Assembly: GCA_030668875.1 (NCBI GenBank) | Contig: DAOVER010000014.1 | Location: forward strand, 37,911 to 69,910 | Source: Candidatus Heimdallarchaeota archaeon | Lineage (GTDB): Archaea > Asgardarchaeota > Heimdallarchaeia > Heimdallarchaeales > Heimdallarchaeaceae | DNA: 32,000 nt | Direction of reading: 5' to 3' | Shown here: positions 17,952 to 27,438 of the stretch, one piece after another | Layout: the number at the start of each line of letters is the position of its first letter | Numbering within the stretch: the first letter of the stretch is position 1 | The notes under the pieces: generated by a model | What the model was told of the DNA's origin: nothing | The model's database searches: none | Seen by the model: only the letters and a program-made list of their open reading frames with translations | Position numbers and translations under genes: made by a program

Positions 17952-20645
17952 TTAATCTTCCCCCCCTTCAGCTTCATCTGGATGCGTTTCTAAGATTTTG
18001 TTTACGATAATAGAAACATTTACAGCTTTACCGTGATCGCTTTTAGCTGGATCAACATTATCCTCTCCGTACAAGAATTGTACAATCTCACCTGTAGCGT
18101 TTCGAACAGTTTTATCATAACTTGATGATATGTCTTGTAGAGCATTTACCAATCTTCTTTGCATATATCCGCTCTGGGATGTACGAACAGCTGTATCAAC
18201 TAACCCTTCTCTTCCACCTGCAGCGTGCATAAAGAATTCAATTGGATTCAAACCACTTCTGAAACTACTATCAACAAAACCATGCGCCTCAGCAGAAAGA
18301 TCTCCTCGCTTAAAGAAAGGAAGAACTCTATCTCTATAACCACGTTGGATTCTTTGACCTCGGACAGCTTGTTGTCCAACACAAGAACTCATTTGTCCAA
18401 GATTTAACATATTCCCTCTAGCTCCAGTTTTTGCCATGATTAAGGCCTCATTTTCGGGATTAAGATAGTTTGCTCCTATGTCCGAAGCATCAGTTCTCGC
18501 TTTTGCTAAAATTTCCATTATTCTTGCTTCTAATGTTTCTTCTTCAGTACGACCTGCTTGTCGTTCAAGAGTCCCATCATCATATTTTTTGATAATATTT
18601 TGAACATCCTTCTTTGCCTTTCCTAGAATTTCATCAATCTTCTTTTCAGCTTCTCTTGGAAGGTTAATGTCACTACCACTCAAACTGAACCCTCTAAGTG
18701 TAATATTTGTGATTAACATTCGAGTAACACTGTCAAGAAAACCTCTAGTAACGTCCGCACCATACTCTTTCAGTATTCTATGAAGAACACTATCTGGTAC
18801 TTCTGCTCCGAAGGCTTTTTTATCAATAATACCGGAAACTAAAACTCCATCTCTAATAAGAATATAGCCCTCTATTTCACATTTTGTCTTCTTACATGTT
18901 TCACGCTTTTCACAGAGATTATTGTACATTGTGAAGTTAAACGTATCTGGAAGAAGAGCACTGAACAGAGTTTTTCCACTCCATAATTGTTCACCATTTT
19001 TACCCTTTAAGTCCGGTTTAGGAAGTTCTTCTAGTCCTGCAGCAGTAAGCAACTGTGCTGCTTCACTCTTAGAATATTTAGCATCTTTTCGGGTTAGGTA
19101 GTATCCACTTGTGATAAAATCTTGAATGGCTCCAATAATTGGCCCTCCATATCTTGGGGTGCTAATTTGTTCTTGAACCCTCATCAAGATACGCGCCTCA
19201 GCTTGAGCTTCTTCACTTTGTGGAACATGAAGATTCATCTCATCTCCGTCAAAATCTGCATTATATGGTCTGCATACTGGAAGAGTTAATCTGAAGGTTT
19301 TATATGGAACAACCTTCACTTCATGAGCCATAATACTCATTCTATGCAGACTTGGTTGTCTATTAAAAAGAACAACGTCTCCATTTCGTAAATGTCTTTC
19401 AATTATGAATTCAGGTTGAAGAGAATCGGCAACAGCTTGTAAGTTTCTTGCATATCGTAAGTCAACTCTTCGTCCATCGGGACGAATTATGTAATTTACG
19501 CCGGGGAATGTACGAGGCCCCTTCATTACAAGTTCTTTCATTTCTTCAATATTCCATTCTGTTACTCTTTCAGGAACAGTTAATATTTCTGCTATGTCTC
19601 TAGGGACCCCTACTTCATTAATGCTAAGCAAAGGATCGGGGCTGATAACCGTTCTCGCACTGAAATCTACTCTTTTTCCGCTAAGGTTAGCTCTAAACCT
19701 CCCTTCTTTACCTTTCAATCTCTGTGTGATTGTTCTCAATGCTCTACCACTTCTATGTCTTGCAGGAGGAATACCGCTAATTTCATTATCAAAATAAGTA
19801 CTTACGTGATATTGCAATAATTCCCATAAATCTTCTACAATAAGTTGTGGAGCACCGGCTTCACGGTTCTCTAATAATCGTTGGTTAATTCTAATAATAT
19901 CCACAAGTTTGTGAGTTAAATCGTCTTCAGATCTAATACCATTCTCGAGGGTAATGCTTGGCCTGACACTTACTGGAGGCACTGGTAAAACCCAGAGTAT
20001 TGTCCATTCTGGTCTTGCAACGCTTGGTTTAATACCCAACAGTCTGCAATCTTCGTTTGAAATATCCTTAAACCAACTATGAATGTCAAGTGGAGATAAT
20101 TTATTTGTTTGTTTTTGACCTGTTTCCGTTTCGATTTCTTCGAAATAAGTTGTAGGTTTTTCAAGCCTAATTTTATTCTGAGGTTCACTGCAATAAGGAC
20201 ACTCAGCTTTCTTTGCTGCTTTTTTCAAGATTTCCTCTACTAAATCATAATCAGGTACTCCCCATTGTTCTTCGTATTCATTCATCTTTGCAGTAATTTC
20301 TTTAATTTCTTCTGGGTCAAGTAAAATTCTGTGACATGACCGACATGTTGCACGTAGAACTTTGTAAAGGAGTTTATTAAAACCAACATGAATAACAGGT
20401 CGAGATAACTCTATGTGACCAAAATGACCAGGACATCCTCCTACTCTAGCTCCACAAGTCTTACACCTCTGGCCAGGATCAATAGTACCTAAAAGACCAT
20501 CCATTAAACCGGAGGTAACAGGAGTCCCATCTGCATCGTAAGTGTCAGGAGTAATAATACGTTCAACCGATAATTTTCTAATAGTATCTGGATCAAGAAG
20601 ACCAAACCGGATTCCAGATATTGACTTATAGCTTTCTGAGCTCAT
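17952..20645 (-). CDS. rpoA1: DNA-directed RNA polymerase subunit A' (Rpo1N)
   Basis: Clamp Zn motifs CKTC...CPGHFGH and CRSC...CPYC, GKRVDFSARTVI, NRQPSLH, the catalytic YNADFDGDEMN, and TSQSGYMQRRL. Abuts rpoA2. Confidence 0.99.
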   Translation of the reverse strand: MSSESYKSISGIRFGLLDPDTIRKLSVERIITPDTYDADGTPVTSGLMDGLLGTIDPGQRCKTCGARVGGCPGHFGHIELSRPVIHVGFNKLLYKVLRATCRSCHRILLDPEEIKEITAKMNEYEEQWGVPDYDLVEEILKKAAKKAECPYCSEPQNKIRLEKPTTYFEEIETETGQKQTNKLSPLDIHSWFKDISNEDCRLLGIKPSVARPEWTILWVLPVPPVSVRPSITLENGIRSEDDLTHKLVDIIRINQRLLENREAGAPQLIVEDLWELLQYHVSTYFDNEISGIPPARHRSGRALRTITQRLKGKEGRFRANLSGKRVDFSARTVISPDPLLSINEVGVPRDIAEILTVPERVTEWNIEEMKELVMKGPRTFPGVNYIIRPDGRRVDLRYARNLQAVADSLQPEFIIERHLRNGDVVLFNRQPSLHRMSIMAHEVKVVPYKTFRLTLPVCRPYNADFDGDEMNLHVPQSEEAQAEARILMRVQEQISTPRYGGPIIGAIQDFITSGYYLTRKDAKYSKSEAAQLLTAAGLEELPKPDLKGKNGEQLWSGKTLFSALLPDTFNFTMYNNLCEKRETCKKTKCEIEGYILIRDGVLVSGIIDKKAFGAEVPDSVLHRILKEYGADVTRGFLDSVTRMLITNITLRGFSLSGSDINLPREAEKKIDEILGKAKKDVQNIIKKYDDGTLERQAGRTEEETLEARIMEILAKARTDASDIGANYLNPENEALIMAKTGARGNMLNLGQMSSCVGQQAVRGQRIQRGYRDRVLPFFKRGDLSAEAHGFVDSSFRSGLNPIEFFMHAAGGREGLVDTAVRTSQSGYMQRRLVNALQDISSSYDKTVRNATGEIVQFLYGEDNVDPAKSDHGKAVNVSIIVNKILETHPDEAEGGED

Positions 20646-20863
20646 TTTTAATCTCCAAAAACCTTTGAATCTCTACACTAATTTAACATAATGTAGCTAA
20701 CCTTATTTCTCTCCCTTAGCGATTTGATAAAAATCTTTTGATTCTCAACCAGTTGTGAAAATCTAACTCATTTTTGGTTATAATTGATTTTGTTCAATTA
20801 GCATAGAAAGATTCGGTAACTACTTAGAATTTATTAAGCGTTTTTAGAATCGTACGAATGTAA

Positions 20864-21826
20864 GTGGAAAAAATGAGTTTGAATAAAGTAAAATCAAAAA
20901 AAATCGATGGCAAATTATTTGCGCAAGAGTATTTGGATAAAGTGTTAAAACCACGTTGTGAAACATTTGCTGATACTTATAAAAAACTACCAAAGTTATC
21001 AACTATACTAGTTGGAGAGAGTCTTGCTTCAGAATCGTATCTCAAACTTAAGGAAAAATTTTTTGCTAAACTATGTGTTGAATCAGAAGTATTTCGTTTA
21101 CCTGAAAAAACTACCGAAGAAGAACTCTTAGCATTTATCGATAAGCAAAATCATGATGATCAAATAGATGGGATATTAGTTCAAGTACCTTTTCCTTCAC
21201 ACATTGATGAAGATACAATCAGTGAAAGCATTGCACCAAGTAAGGATGTTGAAGGTCTATCTCCAGGTAATGTACATGCTTGGACTAAAGCTCTATCAAA
21301 CTTAGTTCCACCCACAGCTTTAGGAGTTTTAGCCCTGTTAAAATTCTATAAAATTCAAATTGAAGGTAAGCACGTAGTAATTGTTGGCAGAAGCATGATT
21401 GTAGGCAAACCAGTTGCACATCTTTTACTTAAGGAAAATGCGACAGTTACATTGTGTCATTCAAGATCAAAACCTCTTGAGGAGTATACAAAGCAAGCAG
21501 ATATACTTATTGCAGCAGTAGGGCGTCCTCATTTAATTAAGAAAGGCATGATAAAGGATGGGGCCATTGTAGTGGATGTAGGAATAAATTTTGAAAATTG
21601 TAAAATAATGGGTGATGTGGATTATGATGATCTTTCTGAGACAGCAAGTTATATTTCTCCAGTTCCTGGGGGTAGTGGTCCAGCAACTGTTTGTATGTTA
21701 GCTAGTAATCTATTGCTTGCTTTTGAGCTAAAACATATTAAGAAAAACGAAGAGAGACTAGACTGTTTAAGAGATTATTATACAAATTATGATACCATAG
21801 GTGAGACAGGTTTCTGTCTAGAATAA
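20864..21826 (+). CDS. folD: Bifunctional 5,10-methylene-THF dehydrogenase/cyclohydrolase
   Basis: YLKLKEK, DGILVQVPFP, KDVEGL, PPTALG, VGRSMIVGKP, TVTLCHS, DVGIN and SPVPGGSGPATV motifs. Confidence 0.95.
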   Translation: MEKMSLNKVKSKKIDGKLFAQEYLDKVLKPRCETFADTYKKLPKLSTILVGESLASESYLKLKEKFFAKLCVESEVFRLPEKTTEEELLAFIDKQNHDDQIDGILVQVPFPSHIDEDTISESIAPSKDVEGLSPGNVHAWTKALSNLVPPTALGVLALLKFYKIQIEGKHVVIVGRSMIVGKPVAHLLLKENATVTLCHSRSKPLEEYTKQADILIAAVGRPHLIKKGMIKDGAIVVDVGINFENCKIMGDVDYDDLSETASYISPVPGGSGPATVCMLASNLLLAFELKHIKKNEERLDCLRDYYTNYDTIGETGFCLE

Positions 21827-21896
21827 CTAGCAGATTCCATTGCTGCTTATCCTTTTTTCAGAGATAAAATTAATAGTTAAGATCATATATGTAAAG

Positions 21897-22247
21897 ATGA
21901 TGAGTGATATAACCGAATCAAAATCCTTTGAGATTGAAGAAAGGAAATTTGGATTAACTTTGACTTCTTTTGAAAATGCTATAGCTTTGTACATCTACGA
22001 GGAGACTCCGCGGATAGGAACTTTTGGTGTTTCAGTCCCCGGTACTTCCATAATGCCTGCTTCAACACTTTACATTACTGGAGCAAAGAATGAACATTAT
22101 GCAAAAATGATGGGCGAAAGATTTGCTACAAAGCTTCAGAAATTAGTTCTAATCTCATTGAGCGTGAAAGATATTGATAATGAATTAATCATAGAATTTA
22201 TGCAGAAAATTGAAACAACTTTTTTCGATAAAAAAAATGAAAATTAA
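21897..22247 (+). CDS. PAC4/PSMG4-like proteasome assembly chaperone
   Basis: FGLTLTSFENAIALYIYEETPRIGTFGVSV...PASTLYITG...AKMMGERFATKLQKLVLISLSV parallels PSMG4 as I recall it (FHVMRLTDSLFLWVGATPHLRNLAVAM...PVSTSLLG...LAQRLARKTNKQVFVSYNL). ATG 21897 or 21900 preferred. Confidence 0.7.
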   Translation: MMSDITESKSFEIEERKFGLTLTSFENAIALYIYEETPRIGTFGVSVPGTSIMPASTLYITGAKNEHYAKMMGERFATKLQKLVLISLSVKDIDNELIIEFMQKIETTFFDKKNEN

Positions 22248-22295
22248 ATATTTGATTAAATTGAAAAAATGGAAGAGAGGGTAATATTTTGATGA

Positions 22296-23624
22296 TTATT
22301 TCAAAATTGATAACCCTGGATAGAGTGGAAACTGTTTTGTAAGTTCAAGAATATTCTCCCTAACTTTTTCGCTTACTTCTGCGTCACCCTTCGATTTAAT
22401 GACCTTTTTTATGCCTTCTGCAATTACTTTCATTTCTGATTCTTTCATTCCTCTTGATGTTATTGCAGGTGTCCCTAGTCTAAGTCCTGATGGATGGAAG
22501 GGACTTGAGGGCTCATATGGGACAGTGTTTTTGTTAACTGTTATACCTGCTTCATCCAAAGCATTTTGAATTGGTCCACCTTTACCAGTTAAATCTTCAG
22601 GACGCAAATCAATGAGGATCAGATGGTTGTCAGTTCCATTTGTAACTAGTTTTATATCAAGAGCCATTAATTCATCAGCCAAAGCCTTAGCATTCTTGAC
22701 AATTTGTTTTGCGTAATCCTTAAACTCTGGTTTAAGTGCTTCAGCAAATGCAACAGCTCGTGCAGCAGTAGAATGGTCGTGTGGTCCTCCTTGTAGTCCA
22801 GGAAATACCGCAGAATCTATTAATCTTGCTAAACTAAATGGTTCTCCGGTTTTTGTTTTTTTCTCGGGATGGTGAATCTCATGTAATCTATCTTCCATTT
22901 TGCTCATTATAATGGCACCACGGGGACCTCTAAGACTTTTATGAGTTGTAGTTGTTATAACATCAGCATAAGGAACAGGACTTGAATGAGCTCCACCTAC
23001 AACCAGACCAGAAATGTGTGAAATGTCTGCAAGTTGATAAGCATCAACTTCTTCTGCAATTTCTTGAAATGCTTTGAAATCTATTTTTCTAGGATATGCG
23101 GTTAAACCCGATACGATCATTTCTGGCTTCTCCTTTTTAGCTAACTCGTGAATAACAGCCATATCTAACATTTCTGTCTTTTTATCAACATCATAGCTAA
23201 TGCAAACGTAATTTTTACCTGAGAAGTTTACCCGACTTCCGTGAGTAAGATGGCCTCCCGATGTAAGACTGAAACCTAGAAATTTATCTTTAAGGTTAAG
23301 CAAAGCAAAGAAAACTGCTTGATTCGCTGGGGAACCAGAATAGGGTTGAACATTAACATGCTCACAACCAAAAAGTTTCTTGGCGCGTTCTATAGCCAAT
23401 ATTTCAACTTCATCAACAATTTCATTTCCACCATAATATCTTTTCTTGGGGTAACCTTCAGAGTATTTATTTGTTAAAACACTACCCATGGTTTGAAGAA
23501 CAGATCGATAGGTATAATTTTCAGAAGGAATAAGTTCAATGCCTTCTTCTTGACGTTTTAATTCTCTCAGAAGCATATCAGCAACTTCTGGGTCGGAATT
23601 AGCTAAATCATTCATTAAATTCAT
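22296..23624 (-). CDS. glyA: Serine hydroxymethyltransferase
   Basis: ELIPSEN, NKYSEGYP-KRYYGG, NVQPYSGSPAN, GGHLTHG, ADISHISGL, TTTHKSLRGPRGA (PLP lysine), FPGLQGGP and GLRLGTPAITSRG motifs. Confidence 0.97.
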   Translation of the reverse strand: MNLMNDLANSDPEVADMLLRELKRQEEGIELIPSENYTYRSVLQTMGSVLTNKYSEGYPKKRYYGGNEIVDEVEILAIERAKKLFGCEHVNVQPYSGSPANQAVFFALLNLKDKFLGFSLTSGGHLTHGSRVNFSGKNYVCISYDVDKKTEMLDMAVIHELAKKEKPEMIVSGLTAYPRKIDFKAFQEIAEEVDAYQLADISHISGLVVGGAHSSPVPYADVITTTTHKSLRGPRGAIIMSKMEDRLHEIHHPEKKTKTGEPFSLARLIDSAVFPGLQGGPHDHSTAARAVAFAEALKPEFKDYAKQIVKNAKALADELMALDIKLVTNGTDNHLILIDLRPEDLTGKGGPIQNALDEAGITVNKNTVPYEPSSPFHPSGLRLGTPAITSRGMKESEMKVIAEGIKKVIKSKGDAEVSEKVRENILELTKQFPLYPGLSILK

Positions 23625-23706
23625 ATGTAATCCTCAGAAGAATACAAACTGTTTTCTTTAAATGTTTTTTCAATCGCACTATTGTACAAAAATGTAATTT
23701 GCAATG

Positions 23707-23740
23707 TCTTACCACGTACAAAATAATAAGTGTGGTAAGA
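23707..23740. repeat. Perfect 9-bp inverted repeat with a 16-bp spacer between the UbiD-family gene and glyA
   Basis: TCTTACCAC (23707-23715) and GTGGTAAGA (23732-23740). Confidence 0.7.
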
Positions 23741-23815
23741 TTTTATTATTTCCAACGCGGCTTCAAAAAAGAAGTTTCTTTAGAAACAAAAATAAGATTT
23801 AGAGAAAGTCACTAA

Positions 23816-25096
23816 TCAAAAAGGTATGACTCTTTCATATCCCGCTTTATCCTTCTTCTTTGTTGCATCAACTATTATCTTGATTGAAGTGTTATCCTCT
23901 CTATTTCGTGAAGGATCAAGAGAAGAACCTCTCACATTTTCAAGTATAGTGATGTCATTAGATCCAGCTCTAGTAATCCTTGCCCATTCAACAGCTGAAC
24001 TATTACTTGTGTCTATATCTTCATCTACAACTGTACACCATTTCAGTGAAGGATGTGCTTCAAAAGCTGTCAAACCTACTTTTTTAGCATCCCCGTCATT
24101 CTCAATTGATACAGAAATAACGCAATTTAACCATCCACATCCACTTGGTGTTAAATAAACTCCGTGTACTTTGGGGACAACTTTGCTTACTCGGTTATGA
24201 ATTTCTGCTTCTCTTGGAAAACCCATAAGTATGAAATGTTCTTCATATGCAGGTAGAATGGTCTGAAAGATTGCTTCATCACGATACAATATCTCCTCAA
24301 ATTGAATTATAGGCTGAGTTCGGACATCATCATAGGTGCCAGTAATGTCAACAAAAGGTCCTTCCTTTACCTCTTCGTCCGCTAGAATTTTCCCTTCCAA
24401 AATAAATTCAACATCGGAGGGAACAGTAATGTTATAGCGGGGTGTTTTAACAGTTGAAAGTTTACCTCTCATAAGCGTGTTAGCTATAGCCAATTCTGTT
24501 CGATTTAGAGGAGTAGGAGAAGATGCTGCTAAAGCTAGTATGGGATGATAACCATTTACGACAGCAATTGGTGTATCCAAACCATTATTCTTATTTTCTA
24601 GAAAGATTTTATGTAAATCTCTGGGAACAATTCGTATAGTTCCTCTCTGATCATCAAGGATCATAATCCGATGAATACTCATATTGGGAGTATCAGTTCC
24701 AGGAAATTCTGCGAAAACGATACCAGACGAGAGATATCTGCCTCCGTCAATAGGAAAGAATTTCGGGATAGGCAGATGTGAAAAATTTACTTGTTTCTTG
24801 TTAGAAAAAGTAAGACTAGTCTCAGTCTTGGATGGTTCTTTTGGAGTGAGAAGCGCTTGTTGAAAGAAACCATAGTAGTTTTCCTGTTCATTTAAAGCTA
24901 ATTTAAGCTGTTCACGAGAAGAAAGACTATTTCCTAATAGAGGAAAATGAGAGCCTTCTACATTATAAAACAGAACAGCTTTATCTTTGTTTGTTTGTAG
25001 ATGTTCGGTAACACCATATTCAAATTCAACTTTATCGTGAATCTCGATTATTAAATTAGATTGTTTGAGTGTCTCAATATAAGGTCTTAAACTCAT
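23816..25096 (-). CDS. UbiD-family prFMN-dependent decarboxylase (possibly anhydromevalonate-phosphate decarboxylase of the archaeal mevalonate pathway)
   Basis: DGGRYLSSG, NMSIHRI, RDL, VP---EFILEG and the catalytic EGPFVD motif. The specific substrate is inference. Confidence 0.88.
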   Translation of the reverse strand: MSLRPYIETLKQSNLIIEIHDKVEFEYGVTEHLQTNKDKAVLFYNVEGSHFPLLGNSLSSREQLKLALNEQENYYGFFQQALLTPKEPSKTETSLTFSNKKQVNFSHLPIPKFFPIDGGRYLSSGIVFAEFPGTDTPNMSIHRIMILDDQRGTIRIVPRDLHKIFLENKNNGLDTPIAVVNGYHPILALAASSPTPLNRTELAIANTLMRGKLSTVKTPRYNITVPSDVEFILEGKILADEEVKEGPFVDITGTYDDVRTQPIIQFEEILYRDEAIFQTILPAYEEHFILMGFPREAEIHNRVSKVVPKVHGVYLTPSGCGWLNCVISVSIENDGDAKKVGLTAFEAHPSLKWCTVVDEDIDTSNSSAVEWARITRAGSNDITILENVRGSSLDPSRNREDNTSIKIIVDATKKKDKAGYERVIPF

Positions 25097-25188
25097 AACT
25101 TATAACATCCTTTGAATACAAAAGACATAAGATACAATGACTTAAATATCTTGTTGGAAAAAAAATGATTGAAAATTCAGATACTTTA

Positions 25189-25273
25189 GCGGGGATTGCC
25201 GAGTGGTCAAAGGCGCTAGATTCAGATTCTAGTCCTTAGTGGTCCGGGAGTTCGAATCTCCCTCCCCGCACCA
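25189..25273 (+). tRNA. tRNA-Leu(CAG), type II, CCA encoded
   Basis: GCGGGGA TT GCC GAGTGGTCAAA GGC G CTAGA TT CAG AT TCTAG [variable arm] GGGAG TTCGAAT CTCCC TCCCCGC A CCA. Confidence 0.96.
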
Positions 25274-25324
25274 ACTTATGAAATCAAAACAATTTTTAAC
25301 TTGAAATTTATTTGAACATAAGAA

Positions 25325-25343
25325 TTGTGAGCGATTCTCACAA
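25325..25343. promoter_or_regulatory. Palindrome TTGTGAG-N5-CTCACAA upstream of the m5C methyltransferase gene (candidate operator or 5'-UTR hairpin)
   Basis: Perfect 7-bp arms, about 10-25 nt downstream of a TATA-like AAATTTATTT and about 25 nt before ATG 25369. Confidence 0.45.
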
Positions 25344-25368
25344 CAATTTGGAACTGATTGATTAACTG

Positions 25369-26541
25369 ATGTCATCAATAATACCAATGGTCTCTGTGGA
25401 GTTAAAAAACTATCTAGCAATTCTTCTTGGAAGTGAAGTTTCTAAGAAATACCTTCAAAAAGTCGTAACACCAATGGAGGAATACAGTCTTCATGTATAT
25501 AGGGATGTTTCTAGAGTAAGTGACATTATTGATAATCTTGAATTGAAAGGTTTTGATGCACACCAACATGAGATTTTTGATAATTTAATCATCACTGCTC
25601 CAAAGGGACCATTTGAGTTAACACATTTAGAAGGTTCAAAAGAAATAATTGTTGATAATAGAGCAGCTGAGATGATATATCAAGGAGCCAATGTATTTGT
25701 TCCAGGTGTAAAGAGGGCAAATCGAGTTAAGATGGGGGATGTTGTCAACATTCTCAATCAAAGAAACATATTAGTTGCTAGAGGCGAAGCAGCAATGAAT
25801 CACAATCAGATGTTAAGGAAAGGTCAGGGGATAGCAGCAAAGAACATTCTTTCCCCTTATATCGTTCCCAGTCTTGAATTATTAGATGATGAAACTCTCC
25901 CAATATACTTTCAAAGTGTTCCAGCGTATCTTGCAAGTATAAATCTTGATCCTAAGCCAGAGGATAAGATTCTTGATTGTTGTGCTGCCCCTGGGAACAA
26001 AACTTTTCACTTGAACGAGCTTACAAAGGATCAAGCTCAGATTATAGCGGTGGATAGATCTAAGAGAAGAATTGAAAAAATCAAGAGTAAAATTAGGAAA
26101 TATAGAACATCGAATATAACTGCATATGTTGGAAATATAATAGAACTAAGTAAGGAATGGAATATTAAATTTGATAAAATACTCGTTGACCCTCCTTGTT
26201 CTTCCCTTGGATTAAGACCTCGTCTGGTTCACAATATTGATGTTAAAACAATAAAATCAATGGCAACATATCAGAAAGCCATACTATTTGCTTGTGATAA
26301 ACTGCTAAAAGATAATGGTACAATTGTTTATTCAACCTGTACAGTTACAAAAGAAGAAAATGAAGAGATTATACATCATGCAGTTGAAAATATGAATTAT
26401 AGAGTAATTGAACAAAATTTTGTTTTTTCAAAAACAGATATCTCTATAGCTAACTTCACTTTTCCAGTTCAGAGATTTATTCCTGGAATAGATAATACTC
26501 TAGGTTACTTCATAGCAAAACTTCAAAAATCAAAGAGTTAA
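25369..26541 (+). CDS. RsmB/NOP2-family RNA m5C methyltransferase with PUA domain (NSUN6-like)
   Basis: PUA-like AAEMIYQGANVFVPGV, SAM-binding DCCAAPGNKT, DPPCSSLG and YSTCT (both catalytic Cys present). Confidence 0.9.
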   Translation: MSSIIPMVSVELKNYLAILLGSEVSKKYLQKVVTPMEEYSLHVYRDVSRVSDIIDNLELKGFDAHQHEIFDNLIITAPKGPFELTHLEGSKEIIVDNRAAEMIYQGANVFVPGVKRANRVKMGDVVNILNQRNILVARGEAAMNHNQMLRKGQGIAAKNILSPYIVPSLELLDDETLPIYFQSVPAYLASINLDPKPEDKILDCCAAPGNKTFHLNELTKDQAQIIAVDRSKRRIEKIKSKIRKYRTSNITAYVGNIIELSKEWNIKFDKILVDPPCSSLGLRPRLVHNIDVKTIKSMATYQKAILFACDKLLKDNGTIVYSTCTVTKEENEEIIHHAVENMNYRVIEQNFVFSKTDISIANFTFPVQRFIPGIDNTLGYFIAKLQKSKS

Positions 26542-26589
26542 AACCGAACTATTTTTAATGCTTACTTTTTTCTTTTGAATTGATGCCTA

Positions 26590-27438
26590 TTGGTTTCTAA
26601 AGATTCTTGTATTCTAATAACGAGTTCAAGTCAAGAAAGAGTAAAAAAAATTGCTCTTTCGGCCTATGATAGGTTAAAAGAAAGAGGATTTAATGTATTT
26701 CTTGATTCCTTTCTTGCAGAAAGGGTGGCTGATGTAGAACCAGTTTGTTCAGAGATAACTGTTGAACTTATTTTGGTTTATGGAGGAGATGGAACCATAT
26801 TGAAGACTTTCAAAAACTGGAAAAACATTCCAATTTTAGGCGTTAATTGTGGAAGAGTTGGATTTCTCAGTGAAATAAAACCTGAAGAGTTAGATGAAGC
26901 CTTAGACAAAATAGAACAAAAAGATTTTTTTACAGAATTTTATTCTGCTTTAGCTGTTTCAACAAAAGCCTTTCCTACCATCTCTGCTGCAAATGATGTT
27001 GTTGTTACTTCAGATAAAATAGGTCAAATTATCTCTCTTAAAGTTCAAGTGAATGACAAATATTTATACACATTAAACGGAGATGGACTAATTATCTCAA
27101 CCTGTGTGGGATCTAGTGCATATTCTCTCTCAGCCGGTGGATCTCTAATAATGCCAACTGTTGATGCTTTTAACCTGGTACCTATCTGTCCTTTTTCTAG
27201 AAGACTGGTATCCCTAGTTATTTCATCAGATGCTCAACTAATTATTACAAATCTGAGTGATTATAGAGCGGGTCATGTAGTAGTTGATGGTGCAACTTAT
27301 TACAGCCTTGGACATGGCGAATCTATAATTGTTCAAAAATCAACTGATAAAATCGGTTTCTTAAGGTTTTCAGATAGTTATGTAAAACGTGTAAGAAACA
27401 AACTATTAAAATACGATCCTGATGATTTTAATGAGTAA
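26590..27438 (+). CDS. nadK: NAD(+) kinase
   Basis: GGDGT, LGVNCGRVGFL, NDVVV, GDGLIIST-VGSSAYSLSAGG and PICPF motifs. TTG start. Confidence 0.94.
   Translation: MVSKDSCILITSSSQERVKKIALSAYDRLKERGFNVFLDSFLAERVADVEPVCSEITVELILVYGGDGTILKTFKNWKNIPILGVNCGRVGFLSEIKPEELDEALDKIEQKDFFTEFYSALAVSTKAFPTISAANDVVVTSDKIGQIISLKVQVNDKYLYTLNGDGLIISTCVGSSAYSLSAGGSLIMPTVDAFNLVPICPFSRRLVSLVISSDAQLIITNLSDYRAGHVVVDGATYYSLGHGESIIVQKSTDKIGFLRFSDSYVKRVRNKLLKYDPDDFNE

Noticed and set aside
25323-25348. Cloning-vector lac operator contamination
   Set aside because: Only 11 nt match lacO1, the rest diverges, and the flanks are native tRNA and CDS with no other vector sequence.
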